Positions 24,151 through 38,446 of a DNA stretch of 64,000 nt are shown in pieces (positions within the stretch are counted from its first letter, which is position 1; every line of letters starts with the position of its first letter). The DNA is from Eledone cirrhosa (taxonomy: Eukaryota). The notes under the pieces were generated by a model, which made no database searches, was not told the DNA's origin, and saw only the letters and a list, made by a program, of their open reading frames with translations. The stretch spans positions 144,522,001 to 144,586,000 of the forward strand of contig OZ024740.1 in NCBI GenBank assembly GCA_964016885.1. Direction: 5' to 3'. A program made the translations under genes and the position numbers.

Positions 24151-25729
24151 ATGAAGCAATCTAGCTATTCATCAACTTTTAGATCTATTCTGCAAGTACA
24201 AAAGGAGTTTAAGCAATTTAAGTACTATTAGATACTCCTGTATTCAATAAAATAAATTGAAGATTTTTAGTAGAAGTATATTTGTGGTTTCTGGTATCAC
24301 CTATAGAATCTGCTCCAAAATTCTTTTACATATTAATTTCTTTCAGTTAGGTTCAAGATCAGGTTTTGTTGAAGAGGAGCATTGTTAGTTGTTTGATAAG
24401 TGCCATACATTTTCCAAGATATCTGTATTATTCAACACCATCCGTCTCTATCCTAATTTAAGAATGATACTCATGTGAAAAAAATGTACCTTTTGCAGCA
24501 ATGGAGGTAAAACAGAGGAGCAATGACATGTGTAGTGTGCTACTTAACTAAACTTGATATTAAAAAGTATCAACATGAAACTATTCTCTGCTAGTAATAA
24601 GCAGATACTACCATATAATATATTTATACAAACATGACCAAAGCTAACTGCTCCCGTTACTTTTGACTAATTCACATTGACTTTCACCTGGCAATAACAT
24701 CTTAAACTTTGTATTTCTTCAGGATTTTCCATATATTATCAATGAATTAGATAGAATAGTTTAAATCCATGACCAAAATATCTACTTTTGAGGAGAGGGA
24801 AAACTTTTTAGTATGATCCTTTAGTCCTATTAAAATTCATGCAAACCTGAAATTATTAATGTTATATATATATTTTTTTCATCATCTAAACAGCATTTAA
24901 TAAGCTGTTGTATTACCAAGCAGCTGATATGAATTTTGGTCTCATGAAAAGTTTTTACAAACTACATTTACTTTCCTCATGAATCAGTGCTCTCTTGAAA
25001 CTGTTATGTCAACTTAGTGCATGTCTGCCTGAAATACCGCAATATCTTTGTACAACAAATAGTTACAACGTCTGCATAGTACTAACTTCTTACTCATGTA
25101 TAACATACTGAACAAGGCTACTTACTAATGACTAAGCTAGTAAAGATTATACTTAACATCTTCACATTTAACTTTAATCACAGTTCTACATTTCTTGTCA
25201 AATATTTTTTCCAGGTTTTAAAGAAATTTGCATAAAATATTAATTCTGTTATGATTTTATGAACTATAAATAAATACAAAATAAAGTTTTGTTGGAAATA
25301 ATTGAAATATATTTTCAGAAAAAAATGTTTTATACCATAAGGCAGAAGAGAATACACTTTATTTTCTGAAGAGCCACTAACAGTGATTCAGGCCTAGGTG
25401 TTATGGGGGAGTGTTTTCATGTGTGGGAGACCATATGCAAGCCACCTCGTGATCCCAGCAGACAGAATGAATACTATTCTTTCAGCTTACTAAACCTATC
25501 ACTTTTGCCTTCTCTCTCATACATTTATTTTGGAGTACTTATGAATTATTCATCCTTCTATTGCTTACAAAACTATTGATGTACTCCTAGAAATCTAACA
25601 AAAAGAATAATTGCAAATGTGGGGCTGGGGTGCCTTGCAAGAAGCAGAAAAGCAAGTGACATTACATAAGCCAGATTAGGGGTCAGCTTCTCACTTTCGG
25701 ACTGTCATGCACAGAGGATGTGTTTTTGA

Positions 25730-28274
25730 CATATAGAGGGAGAGTGGGAATTTCTGAAAGCAAACCTGCTGTTGGCGACAGACGAAGTCTGTGGCTGGAG
25801 CAGGCCTGTAGGCAGGAGGAGAGTAACATGGTGGTGGAACAGTAAGGTGGAGGGGTCAATTAAGGCCAAAAAGCAGGCTTGGAAAGTATGGCGGGATGGG
25901 GGAAGTAGAGAGGACTATCAAGTGGCCAGGAGGGAAGCTAGGAGACAAGTGTACTTAGCAAGAAGGGAAGCTGAGGAAAGAAAGTTCAAGCATGTTCTAC
26001 AACGCGATGACCAAAAACGTGAGGTGTTCAGGATTACTAGGCAATGCGTCAAGGAAAACCGTGATATTGTCGGGGAGAAGTGTGTACTAAACGACGATGG
26101 CACACTTGCCATCACCGACGCTGATAAGAAGGTAGCTTGGAAGTGTCACTATGAAAGGCTACTAAATGAGGAGAATAATTGGGAGAAAGGCAGTCTCCCC
26201 CATATCGACCCAATAGAGGGACCAGCAGTGTTAGTCGAGGGGAGTATAATAAGTAAGGCAATCAAGGATATGAAGACGGGTAAAGCGGCTGGGCCTTCGG
26301 AAATAGTTGCTGAGATGCTGAAGGCATCTGGCACGGTGGGACACACCATGGTCACCCGCATAGTTAACCAAGTCGTACAGAATGGGGTTGTTCCGAAGGA
26401 CTGGCATAGCAGCATCATCGTTAACTGTTATAAGGGTAAAGGAGACGCCCTAGATAGGAGTAACTATAGAGGCATTAAATTAATCGACCAGGTCATGAAG
26501 GTCACGGAAAAAGTAATAGCGCAACTAATCAGAGAGAGAATTGACCTAGATGAAATGCAGTTCGGGTTTGTGTCAGGCAAAAGTACCACAGACGCTCTTT
26601 TCATAGTACGACAACTACAGGAGAAGTACCTAGCTAAAGGTAAACCCCTCTACTTAGCTTTTGTCGACTTGGAGAAAGCCTTCGACAGAGTCCCCCGCTC
26701 CATTATCTGGTGGGCTCTTAGAAAACTAGGCGTTGACGAATGGCTTGTGAGGGCTATACAAGCCATGTATAAAGAAACAGTCAGCAAGGTTAGAATTAAC
26801 AACGAATATAGTGAAGAGTTTAGCGTAAAAGTTGGCGTCCATCAGGGCTCTGTTCTCAGCCCACTACTATTTATTATTGCCCTTCAGGCTATAACAGAGG
26901 AGTTCAAGACAGGCTGCCCATGGGAACTCCTATACGCAGACGACCTGACACTCATAGCGGAATCAATGGCCAAGCTAGAGAAGAAATTCCAAACATGGAA
27001 GCACGGCCTAGAGTCAAAAGGACTTAAAATTAACCTGGCTAAGACCAAAGTACTAGTTTGTAGGAAAGAAAACAAGGCGGCGGTCCCTTCTGGGAAATGG
27101 TCGTGCTCGGTGTGTAGGAAAGGCGTAGGTAGAAACTCCATTTTATGTCCTAAATGCAAAGTATGGGTGCATAAAAGATGTAGTGGGATCACAGGTAAGC
27201 TAACTAAGAACATAGATTTTACATGTGGCCGGTGCTCTGGTGCAATAAGTAGCAGCAAGTGCCCACAAACTACTAGCTCTTTCAATTGCGCAGAGGGTTC
27301 TATAGAAATAGTGGACAGCTTCCGTTACCTGGGCGATAAAATCAGCAGTGGGGGAGGGTGCTCTGAAAGTACTGTAGCTAGAGTCAGAACTGGTTGGAAA
27401 AAGTTCAGAGAGCTTATACCACTATTAGCTGCTAAAGGGTTCTCACTAAAAATGAAAGGCAGGTTGTACGATGCCTGCATACGAACAGCAATGCTGCATG
27501 GCAGCGAGACCTGGGCATTGTATGCAGAGGATATACGCAGACTAGAGAGGAACGAAGCTTGCATGCTCCGCTGGATGTGTAACAGTAATATACGTGAACG
27601 GCAAAGCATAAACGAACTAAGGAAAAAATTAGAGATAAGAGGGATCAGATGTTGTTTACTCGAGAGAAGGCTACGTTGGTATGGACACGTGATGCGCATG
27701 AAAGTCGATAGCTGTATAACAAAGTGCAGGGCAATAAAGATAGACGGTAGTCACGGAATAGGCAGACCTAGAAAAACCTGGGACGAGCTGATAAACTCCG
27801 ACATCACACACTTACACCTCTCCAAGACAATGTCACTGGACCGAGACCTTTGGCGGTACTCAGTAACAGAGAAGACCCGCCTTACCTAAATATATAGTAA
27901 AACCTACTCCAGCCAGTAGGCATCTCTAACAAAATACACCCCGTCCCACCACCACCACCCCATCCACACCACCCCGTTCTATGTAAAGTTATGTTGGTGC
28001 CGCGCCATCGAGGCCGAAACAAATGAGATCGTGTAGGTGTCACGACAAAAAACACACAGTCCACGCTGTAATGTGGCCGTGTAGGCAACACGGTAAAAAC
28101 CTCCCAGACCCACACTGTAAATGTGGTTGGTGTTAGGAAGGGCATCCAACTGTAGAAAACCTGCCAGACAGTCCTATGCGAGCAAGACAATCACTCTTGC
28201 CTCAAGTGGGACTACCCCCGTCCAAACCCATGCAAGCGTGGAACACGGACGTTAAACGTTGATGATGATGATGA
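25730..28274 (+). mobile_element. 5'-truncated RTE-clade LINE
   Basis: Long RT ORF, 3' UTR and (GAT)n tail at 28260-28274; the AP-endonuclease part is absent. Confidence 0.93.
25772..27889 (+). CDS. RTE reverse transcriptase (partial ORF) with inserted PHD-type finger
   Basis: 705 uninterrupted codons with NYRGIKL, QFGF, FVDLEKAFD, GVHQGSVLSPLLF and LYADD; C4HC3 pattern at 27104-27235. The frame is open from 25730 with no native start. Confidence 0.92.
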   Translation: MATDEVCGWSRPVGRRRVTWWWNSKVEGSIKAKKQAWKVWRDGGSREDYQVARREARRQVYLARREAEERKFKHVLQRDDQKREVFRITRQCVKENRDIVGEKCVLNDDGTLAITDADKKVAWKCHYERLLNEENNWEKGSLPHIDPIEGPAVLVEGSIISKAIKDMKTGKAAGPSEIVAEMLKASGTVGHTMVTRIVNQVVQNGVVPKDWHSSIIVNCYKGKGDALDRSNYRGIKLIDQVMKVTEKVIAQLIRERIDLDEMQFGFVSGKSTTDALFIVRQLQEKYLAKGKPLYLAFVDLEKAFDRVPRSIIWWALRKLGVDEWLVRAIQAMYKETVSKVRINNEYSEEFSVKVGVHQGSVLSPLLFIIALQAITEEFKTGCPWELLYADDLTLIAESMAKLEKKFQTWKHGLESKGLKINLAKTKVLVCRKENKAAVPSGKWSCSVCRKGVGRNSILCPKCKVWVHKRCSGITGKLTKNIDFTCGRCSGAISSSKCPQTTSSFNCAEGSIEIVDSFRYLGDKISSGGGCSESTVARVRTGWKKFRELIPLLAAKGFSLKMKGRLYDACIRTAMLHGSETWALYAEDIRRLERNEACMLRWMCNSNIRERQSINELRKKLEIRGIRCCLLERRLRWYGHVMRMKVDSCITKCRAIKIDGSHGIGRPRKTWDELINSDITHLHLSKTMSLDRDLWRYSVTEKTRLT

Positions 28275-30535
28275 AGCTTGGGATATATGCTTATAGGTTC
28301 TGGCCAGAGGTTAGGTAGGTAGGGAACACATGGATATACCCCAGCTGGACAAGATCAACTAGGGAGGCATCTCATGAGGTAGGTGAGCTATGCTCCCCCC
28401 ACTCCCTTTACAATAGCAAATATATTCTGCAGCTATTGTGAAAAAAATTTATAGCCATGTATCAAAATACAAACAATATTTTAATCACTTCATTTCACTT
28501 GCATTTTTAATAGCCATCTTTAAATTTTTGATTTCTTTGAATCAAACTGACAATTAACATACTGACATTTTACATCAAGCTGTAAAATATTTATTTCAAC
28601 AATTCATTTAAATAACCAACATTTTCACAACCATTTTAGTATAGAAAATGGACAGAGAGGTGAATTGTGAGTGATTAGAGCATCAAATAGAGTGCCTTGT
28701 AGTTGAAATCTCTCTGAGGTCAACTTTGCTTTTCATCTTTTGGGAGTCAATCAATAAAGTACTAGTGCAGCATTGGGAACTTTTTTTTCTTTCTCTTTCT
28801 CTCTGGAAGAAATCAGCTGTTGTCAGGCTTCAAGAGGAATGGGCTTCACCAGGTTTAAAATGAAATTTGGGAAAGTTTGTTAACTGCAGGAATAAATAAA
28901 GCCTTTCAACAGTGAAGATTTTTTTTCCTCAACGAAGGGTTTGGTTTTTAAATGTCACTATTTTCTTCTCACCATAGCATATCCAGATTTACAAAATTTA
29001 CCAAATAACGCAGACCTGCACTAATTTCTTCAGACTCTACACTTGTTTTCCTAACTTCTTTGCATAATCATATTTTTTACGATTTGAATAGTTAGCACAT
29101 ATTTTGGTAAAGTAAAATATATGTTAAATAGAACAAACCCATTCTGCTATCCTAAAACACTTCAAGCTATTATCAATTATCCTAATTTAAAGTATAGAAT
29201 ATAATCAAGATTGAAAAAATGGTTTCTTTATGCTGTGAAGGCAAAAGAAATTTGTACAATATTTTATATATATATAATATAACATGATTAAATTGAAATA
29301 GCCTCTACTGCAAGTAAAAAAAATGAAATAGGAACATTTATCTCAAAACAATAATGCTCTATGGTTAACTTTGAAATTAAGCCATATAGGAAATCAGAAT
29401 CTTATGAAATTTATTATTATTACTATAAAAAATTAAACTTAAGTAAAATTGGAAACAGCTTCATTAATACCCCAGCCCCTTGAAAAAAAAACCACAACAA
29501 AAAACATTGAACAAGAAAATTTGTGAAGAAACATAGCTAATTACAAAATTAAGAATCTCAATTCATAACATGGACCGCACAAATGCGATAAAGCTTATAA
29601 TTTCATAGGCTTCATACCAGATTCTTACTACTACTCTGATAAGTACATAAGCAAAAACTGTCAAACTTTGCATAAGGCACTCCTACTTTTAGTTTTTTTA
29701 AATTTAATCACAAGTTGTTTTTGTTTTGTTTTTGATAACCAGTAAGAATGGAAATAAAACCTTGGGAATTTCTATATTCGTTCTGTTATACATAGATTGC
29801 ATGTAATATACAACATATGAGTTATATAATCTACTTAATAGCAACATTAATGTAATTTAATAAAAAAAATATGGCGTGACAGTTTATGACCTCATTATTA
29901 AGGCTTGGTCTTATACCTTTCAGGATCTCTAATGTAATTAAGAATATCTTGTTTTTATTATATACAACCACAACTGTGGATAGCTAAGTCAGGCCCCCTG
30001 CTAATATACATTAAAATATTTTAGTATCATAAAACTCAGTGAATGCAGCAGTGAGTTTCATTGATATATGCATTAGACAACTCAGTGAATGTAGAAGTAT
30101 GTTTCATGTATTAGACAACTTACTGTTACACCCAACAATACCCATCATTTATTATTATTGTTTTCTGTAATTCAGTATTTTAAAAATAGTATTAACCAGG
30201 ATGCCCTTCACTATGGCTGCCACCCTCACTAACCAGCACTGTATACAACTATGCTCATGTCTGAGCAGTGTATACATAGCTGTGTCTGATTTAAAAGTTT
30301 CCATTATATTTGTAAAAGGAAGCAGTGAGTAGAAATAAATAAATGAAATTTAAAATTTTGTGTGGCTACATTAACACTGACATGCAGTTGACTCCCAGTT
30401 TATATAGTTCTAAAGTTAATTTTGAGTGGTTCTAAATTTAAATTTTGTGTAAAATATGTGCTTACATGGTAAATGGTGGTTAAAGGATTTGAAACATTCA
30501 TAAAATGTTTAAAAAATTCATTATAATAATAATAA

Positions 30536-31835
30536 GGCAAATTATTGTGTATAGTGTTCAGGTGCACTACAACTCATAAAAGGTGCATGTATAGTACTTA
30601 TAATAATGTACAAATGTCAGTATATGAGTCATGATACACACACATACGTGCATGTGTATAGAGGGGGAATATCAGGTGTGGTGTTAGCAAATTTCGGGAA
30701 GCTAACAACTGATGCAGGTAGTTTGTTCCATGCTTCAGCAACTCAAAGCATGAAAAAATGTTTCTGAAAGTCATGAAGCTGTGCTGTTTTCTGATTTTGT
30801 AAGCATGTCTATCGGTGTTAGACACATAGAATTCAAAAAAGTGCTCAGGGTTATAGTTGGCAAGATGATTAATAATTTTGTGGGTGTCTACCAAATCAGT
30901 TGCCAGATGTCGAAGCTTTAATGTATCCATGCCCAGGGAAGTAAGATAATCAGATGCCTGATGGAGGGTATTTGTTTGGTTGCATGTTTTTGAACAGTTT
31001 ACAGGAAGTCAATATTCTGCACAAGATCAGGGTTCCAGACTGGTGATGCAAATTCTCAGTGTGGATGTACTAAAGCTACATACAGCTGTAAATAAATAGC
31101 TGGAAAGTGGCTGACAAAGGTTTTACCAAGTGATACAAAGACACCCTTGGCCTTCTTTACAAGAGATGTGCTTTGTCCAACACAAATTGCTGTTGACAAT
31201 AATGCCCAGGTCATTTTCACAAGAAGACTTCTTGAGATTAGTGCGGTGGAGGGAGTATGTGAACGCTGGGTTTTTCCTCCTCAAATGTATAGTGGTACCA
31301 CTTGTCCACAGCCAGATTGAGTTGCCAGTCTGTAATCCATTGTTGCATTGTGTCCAGGTCTGATTGCAGGAAAGATCTATAGCATACAGAATCTGTCCTT
31401 TTTATCTCAAGGTACAGTTCATGTCATCTGCATATTTCAGCACAGTGGCATTCTTTAAGTTGGCATCTATATTAATATATGTAACAAACAAAAGGGGACC
31501 AAGAACAGATCCCTGTGGTGCAGCAGATGACATCTCTTAGGATGAAGAATGCTGTCCTAGAACTGTGACTCTTTGCAGAGAGTTTTGCCATAAGTCTTTT
31601 ATGTAGCACAGAATTAAAAGCTTTAGCAAAGTCAAGATAAACAACATTCACCCATGAACTGCCATCAGAGATTTGGGTAATGTCTTCAAGAAACTCGTTG
31701 AGTTGATCACAACAGCTGGATAAATCCAAATTGTGAGGGCCGGATAAGGCTGTGAGAATTCCAGAAGTTCCAGAGTGTTTCTCTGACACAGGATTCCATC
31801 AGTTTGGCGATGCAGCTAGTAAGACAGTGGATGAC
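30536..31835 (-). mobile_element. Decayed CR1-like LINE (RT and 3' end)
   Basis: VVYLDFAKAFNSV, PQGSVLGPLLF, KYADDM and HAYKIRKQHS; multiple frameshifts. Confidence 0.88.
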
Positions 31836-33155
31836 CGTTGACAGGCAACTCTAAGAGAATATCAAACTCTGGATCATGGTACCTACCTCAATTCTAAAAT
31901 TTCATTAAGATAAACCCTGGAAAAGTGTTATAAAGAAAATGACAAGATTGAATTATTTGATAATATTCTTTTATTAAAAATATACTGAACTCATATTCCC
32001 AAGAATATTAGTGCATTGGAAAAGTATTCATCATATATATTTATGAAAGTTAAGGACAATAGACCCACCATGGGCTCTTATTTCAAATAAGTTGGGAACA
32101 GAAGTTGTTGCTCTGGCAAGCTGCCTTCAGTTTTCTCTTTCTGAATTATTACTTCACAAGTGTTTTTAATTCCACTTTCTTTTTTTAAATGAAAGCAATA
32201 AAGTTTCTGTAGATAATTTAAAAACACATTTAGGATTTCCTTTTTATCTAATCATTGATGTAATCCAACAAATCTGACAATCTTATAGTACAGGCAGAGT
32301 CAATGTCATCACAGGTCGCCATGTTTGGAAAACTGTATATTGAAAAAAATTATCAGGAAGAAATAATTATTCCAAAATGAAAATTAAAGTTTTGTTATAT
32401 TCCTGCTCAGTATCAATAGTTGAAAATAGATACATTTAAAGTATAAACTTAAAATTAAAAACAAATTGCATTTGAAAAAAAAACAACAAAAAAAAAAACA
32501 ACATTGATATTAAAAATAAGGTCAATAGAAATATGATATTCATGACTTTCCTCAGAGTATTAGTGTGAAAGTGAACCAGTTTTAAAATCAGAGGGTAGAA
32601 TCATTTACAACTTCAATGATTTTTTTTTTGTTTTGTTTTTTTTACAAGAAAACTAAGGAAAATAATTACAATAAGATATCTTAGCTGGCATATACATAAA
32701 TTGTTAACCCAGTAAGGTTAGGTTTTAGAGCTAGTTATCTGGAATTACACCAAGGAGATTTGCCAAGAGTTATGAATAGATGATTCGTAAACATTTTTAA
32801 GGATCTGATCCCAAAAAGAAATTTAAAGAAGCATCTCAGAGATTAAGATCAATTCCAATGTTTTCTTTCTTTGAATGCATTTAGGTATAAATAATACTTG
32901 AACTATTAATAGAACAAGTCAATGAACCTTTTTTCATAGTCTTATCTTTATCTTTTGTCAAAGAACATTTAATAAACATAAAAAGATATATCAGCAAAAC
33001 ATAGCAGATACAAAGAATAGATATTTTCAGTTTCCTTCATTTTGGAGAAAGCAGCACAGTAAATCAAATTCTTAAATGATTTACATGGTTCTGTTTTCCT
33101 ATTATGGTACCTTTTCAGCATTTTTTAAAATGTTTAATTGTTTGTTTTTCTTTAA

Positions 33156-33408
33156 CCCTTTTGAGACCAAACCGTCTAAAACCACTCCTGGTGTTATGAT
33201 AATTAGTTATTTATTTTGAAGTGTTTATATTTATCTAAAAACCTTCCATCATAATCTTATGTATGAAACTTTGTTAAGTTATGTTCTAAACACCAGCTTA
33301 ATGAGAAAGTTAGTTATATCACTAAATCTTTTCAAATTCTTGGCTATTTTAAAAGTGATTTGAAAATCATAGGCAGTGTTTCTCATTAGAAATATAGCAA
33401 TGAAAGGA
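33156..33408. mobile_element. piggyBac-type MITE remnant
   Basis: TTAA-cccttt start and aaagga-TTAA end; similar sequence in reverse near 42985-43140. Confidence 0.5.
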
Positions 33409-33949
33409 TTAAAGGTCAATATTTCATTCATTGAGTGACAAACTGAAATTAGTTTTAATACTGGTTTTCCATACATGTTAACATATGTATGTACTGGTCA
33501 ACAAACTATCATAGTAAAATAATTAGTAATAAGGCAAGTAGCAAGTCTTATACCCAATATTTATGACAATCCTTCTCACCAACCAAAATGAACACATACT
33601 TAGAATAGTCATAAACTCTGGTAACAATATTTATCAGTTATTTTTACCAAGCAATTATCAGAAGAAGCAATATATCTTACACCAATAGCTGTAATTAGGT
33701 TAAGTCATAGGGTTAAATAAATTTAAAAAATAACTTGAAAATAAAACATTTTTGCAACAAATCCAGGGTAGGAAATAAAAGAATATTTTCCATTTGCTAA
33801 ATACCTTTTATAACAATGAACCATTGAAAATATATTAGGATTTGCATTTTCAAAAATAATTTCAATTTATTTATGGAAAAAATATTAATATATTAAAAAA
33901 AAAGAAAATAAAGAGATTAGGGAAAAAAAGAACAATTAAGGGTTATGTT

Positions 33950-34275
33950 CATCACAGCCCCATAACACCTGATGTAGCCGTAGGGGTGTTATTATAACAT
34001 CTGGCATGTCTTGGGCATTTAAATCTGACATAGCCCATCCCCTTTCCAGGTTTGAACACAGACGATTTCTTTCAGAGGAGAGAGAGAGAGAGATATATAT
34101 ATAAAGGAAGAATCAACCCCAGTACTGAACTGGTACTTAATTTATCAACCTCAAAAGGGTGAAATGCAAAGTTATCCTCAGTGTGATTTGAATTCAGAGT
34201 GCAAGGAACAGAAATGAGTACCATGAAGCATTCTATTCAACATCTTAATGAATCTACCAATTCGTTGCCTTATTT
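33950..34275 (-). mobile_element. Older tRNA-derived SINE
   Basis: Homologous to the copies at 6370-6660, 39050-39300 and 45070-45270. Confidence 0.7.
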
Positions 34276-34950
34276 GGGGAAAGAGGTTATGTTATAATAA
34301 GTAAAAATCAAAATCATGCTGGAGTGGGAACCAAATATATTTAGGTTTCAAAATATTGAAAAACAATAAATCAATTGTAGGGAGTGGAATGCTTATATGA
34401 GATTAGATTTTATAAAAAGTTAAGGTAGAAGGTGGCAATAACTCACTTCTCAGGTTACTAATAAATTTACCTGCATACTAATATGAACAGTACAACTATA
34501 CATTATTTGATGAAATGGAAATATACAATACACATATCCATAGAAAGTAAGAGTTATTTTTGAATGAGGATCATTGAAACTTTTATACTCTTTAGTTTTA
34601 CTGTTATACATTATCAATAGAGTTTGAGCAAAACATTAACAGATATGTTCAATTGGTTGATTTAAAAAATGGTTAGTGGAATTTTTTTTTCAATGTTTAT
34701 GTAATCTTCAAAATTTTTATATTCTAGTTTTAACAATCTCCTCGTTGTCGCTGTCAAGTTCTAAATGCAAATGTTCTTGTAATAAATATAGATTCTTTAA
34801 GACAAGAATATACAACTGTTATTAATATGGGAACTTGATAATATATGTAAACCTACAAAATTCATGGTTGGCTACAAGTTTGCATTATACTAAGAGAATT
34901 GTGAGGAGGTATTTATAACAAAATGGATGGACATTGTTTTTAAAGAAAAA

Positions 34951-34988
<38 letters not shown>

Positions 34989-36170
34989 TTAACTTTCGAC
35001 ATCTTATAGTGATTTAGTAGAAAATATTTAAAAACAGGTTTGTTAATTCAAACGTTTCTAATATTTTTACTAGACAGATTATTGTGAAAATTTGCAGTAT
35101 TGGAGTAAATAATTTAACTTTTAATGTCATGCAGTCATAGTGCTGTTTTATAATTGTCAAGAATGTCTTGCTAATGTGGTTCCAGGTGGTACAGTATGTT
35201 AAGAGTTATCATACTATTAAATGCAAATACAAATTCATATTTTTACTAGATATAGTACTTGAATTTATATTTTCTATGTGTATTGCATGTATAATGTGTG
35301 TGTGTGTGTGTGTATTTTATTTCATTGGTCAGACAGTGGAGGAAGGGCAGTGATCCTGGCCTTTTTGTAAGGTCTTTGAGACTGATGAAGAGAAGATTGA
35401 CAGAAATGTCAGTACATTGACTGCTGTTGTAGAAAGCCTGGTTCAAATGGTTGCAACAGAATAGACTCCAATAAAAGTGTCCAACAGTCAGATGTTCGTG
35501 GTGAACGTATGTTTTTACCTAAAAATTTGTTGTATTAGAGTAAAGACCAATTTTTCATGAGATGCAGTCATAGTGCTCTTTTAGACTTATCAAAAACGTT
35601 TTGCTAATGCAGTTTCATGTGTTAGAGGATGCTAAGTGTTAACATATGTTATTACCAGAAGTGTGACAGACACAAATAGATCCAGAAGCACAGTCTTTAT
35701 GGGGTAATGATACTAATATTAATTTTTTTTTTCTATACTGACAGGAGTTAGACATGTTAGCTTGTTCACCCCTCTCCATTACATTTAACCCTAAGCTAGG
35801 TTCTAAGTTTCGAAAAGGAAAATAAAAATTCTTTTTAATTTTCTTAAATAGAGTGCACTCACCATGCTAGTAAGAACCTACAAAAAGTATCATATAAAAT
35901 GAATTTTTACGTCATGAGAAATGATCTAAATAAATTGTTACAGAATAGTTGGCAAATGTAAAAATATAAAACAATGACAACAAAAATGTATTTTAAACAT
36001 AACAGGTCATATTTTGTCAAACACAACTACAGTATCTTTAGATTAACTTGACATTTATACCAATAAAATATATTTCTTTCCAAATTACAGCACACTTTCT
36101 TTCACATTAATTTTAATTTATTTATAATAAGCATAATTTCTTAACTATATATATCTATATAATATACACA

Positions 36171-36363
36171 CAGAGACCTGTCAACTCTCCCTGTCCGACG
36201 GGGAGATCTCCCACCCACTTTGGGGTGGGTGAGAGATGTATTCTCTTGTGAAAATAGGTATACTTTTTATTATGTAAAATCTCCCCATTTTACCTCATTT
36301 CTCTCCATTTTAGGGCAATTCTTTTCATGTTACTCCCCGTTTGGGTTTTTAGAGGTTGGCATA

Positions 36364-36367
<4 letters not shown>
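36171..36367. mobile_element. MITE with imperfect TIRs
   Basis: cagagacctgtcaactct versus agaggttggcatatctg; internal tctcccaccca/tgggtgaga hairpin. Confidence 0.55.
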
Positions 36368-36417
<50 letters not shown>

Positions 36418-38193
36418 GGTATTATGTTCACTATTAGATTGACAAGAAATGCCTTTTAAACTATTTTGTTTTTATTTTTAAGAAATACTAATGCAAAATG
36501 TTTTTTTTTTTATTTGCCTTTTAAGGAGGGGAAAAACAATTGTTCTTATTCCATTTTCTCAACTCAATTTCAAAACAAGCAGTTACAATTTTAGATTTTA
36601 GTGGTTAGCTGGTTAAAAAGCTTGGTATTAATATCTTTAAACTTAGAAAGAAATAAATTTGAAAGAGTTGATGCTAAATCATTTAATTATATATTTATGA
36701 TATATGTTATGAGGCAATAATAACGAAAAATTAATATATATTGCCAACAATATCTCTGATATCTTAGGTCTTATTTAAAATCAAATATACATACACCATC
36801 TATACAGAATAAAGTAGAAAAAAAAACATTCTTTACTTTCACAAGACATGTATTAAAACATAGTATTGAATGAGTATATAGGGTAAGAATAAAATATTTG
36901 AAAGATAGTTTACATTAATATAAAATAAAATTTACATAAAAAATGTTTTGAATATTAATTTCATTTGAATAAAATACACACACATAAAAATGTATTGATA
37001 GTTACACACCTGCATTATATATACATATATAGTTCAAGGAAACAACAAAACAGAGATATACATACACAGACAGAAAGAGAGAGTGGAAAGGTGAACTGAA
37101 GACTGCATATAATAAAAAATTACACAAAAATGTATATTAAAATGCAACAAAACATTTTATAAGTCCATCAAATAAACACTGTGTGTGTGTGTGTTTAATA
37201 GAAACACTTTGTAGGGATGGCTTATATTAATAATGAATTTTAGACAATAGTCAATATAGTGTACTGAGTTCCCATAAATATGTTGTATATATTGCACTGG
37301 CGGAGACATGACTTGCATAACTAATGCAAATTATAGACATCCAATTTCTGAAACTCAACCTAGTCAAGGTAAATTTGGTCATTCATCATTATTGACTTAA
37401 TAAGTAAGTAGAAGTAGAATACTAAACATTAACAGTAAAAAGTTTGAATGCTGGTCTAGTGGTAAGTATAAAACTTTTTACTTTACAATTGTCAGTTCAT
37501 GTACTTGTAAGGTCAACTTAACTTTCTTCAAGTATTATTGTCTAATCATTGAAAAACGTATTGTCTGTGAAGTTAGACAGAGTGATGATGTTCTGTAGTA
37601 ATCAGGTTGTATTATAAAAAATAAAATAAAGTCTGACAAATTGTATAAAAATCGTTTCGTGCCAGACTTTATGATGTATCTCATTTTATAGAATTTAGTA
37701 AATAATGTATATAAAGTAATACATTATAATATATAACTCACAACTTCATATAAAATAAAGAAACATTATGTATATGAAATTCTACAGGTTATTAAATCTC
37801 AGCATCATCATACATCCACATTCAATGATTCTATTGCAAAGATACACACACACACACATATACAGTTGATACTTTATATCATGCATTCTAATAAATGTTG
37901 CTTCATATCTCAAACATTAGGACAAACTTTTTTTTTGTAACTTTTTACAATATATTTTAATCAATAACAACTATATATATATATACATATATATTTTTTC
38001 CTTCATTGTAATTTGTTTAATATCTAACTGCCTTTTATAGAAATGATATGGAGCCAAAAAATACTAATTCAATATGAATGATTTTTGGGGGGAAGAGCCA
38101 GCAGAAAAATTACAAAGAATTTCTCTGCATTTGAAAAGGCAAACTAATAGTTGAACAATGCTTTTGATTTCATAATTTTTTGCAGCCCATTCT

Positions 38194-38446
38194 CTAGCCT
38201 TCCCACCATTCACTATCACCAATTAATTCAAAATCACTTCGATTTAGATTTAGAACTTCAAGGGAGGAATGAAAAGACTTCTTTCTTCTAGGTTTGCAAT
38301 GTTTTCGGCGATTTTGGTCTAAGGTTTCAATTCGCTGTAGTAAGGAATCTATTTCAAAGTAGTCAGCTTCTTCTTTCAACATTAGTAGTTCTCTGAAGCC
38401 ATTTGGAAGCAAAAGTTTAGAAGTCCGCATGAAGTTTAAAACATAC
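38194..38446 (-). CDS. Terminal coding exon of a BTB/POZ KCTD-family protein (KCTD1/KCTD15-like)
   Basis: Acceptor gtttctattttcag|G at 38447/38446, then YVLNFMRTSKLLLPNGFRELLMLKEEADYFEIDSLLQRIE, matching the C-terminal half of the KCTD BTB domain (RYILNFLRTSKLLIP...EEAKYF). Stop TAG at 38194. Confidence 0.88.

Noticed and set aside
24335-24390. Possible plus-strand terminal exon (tttcag|LGSRSGFVEEEHC*)
   Set aside because: Too short, no homology recognised and no partner exon.
35378-35420. ctgatga...gaaa hammerhead-like words
   Set aside because: No stem I or stem II pairing.
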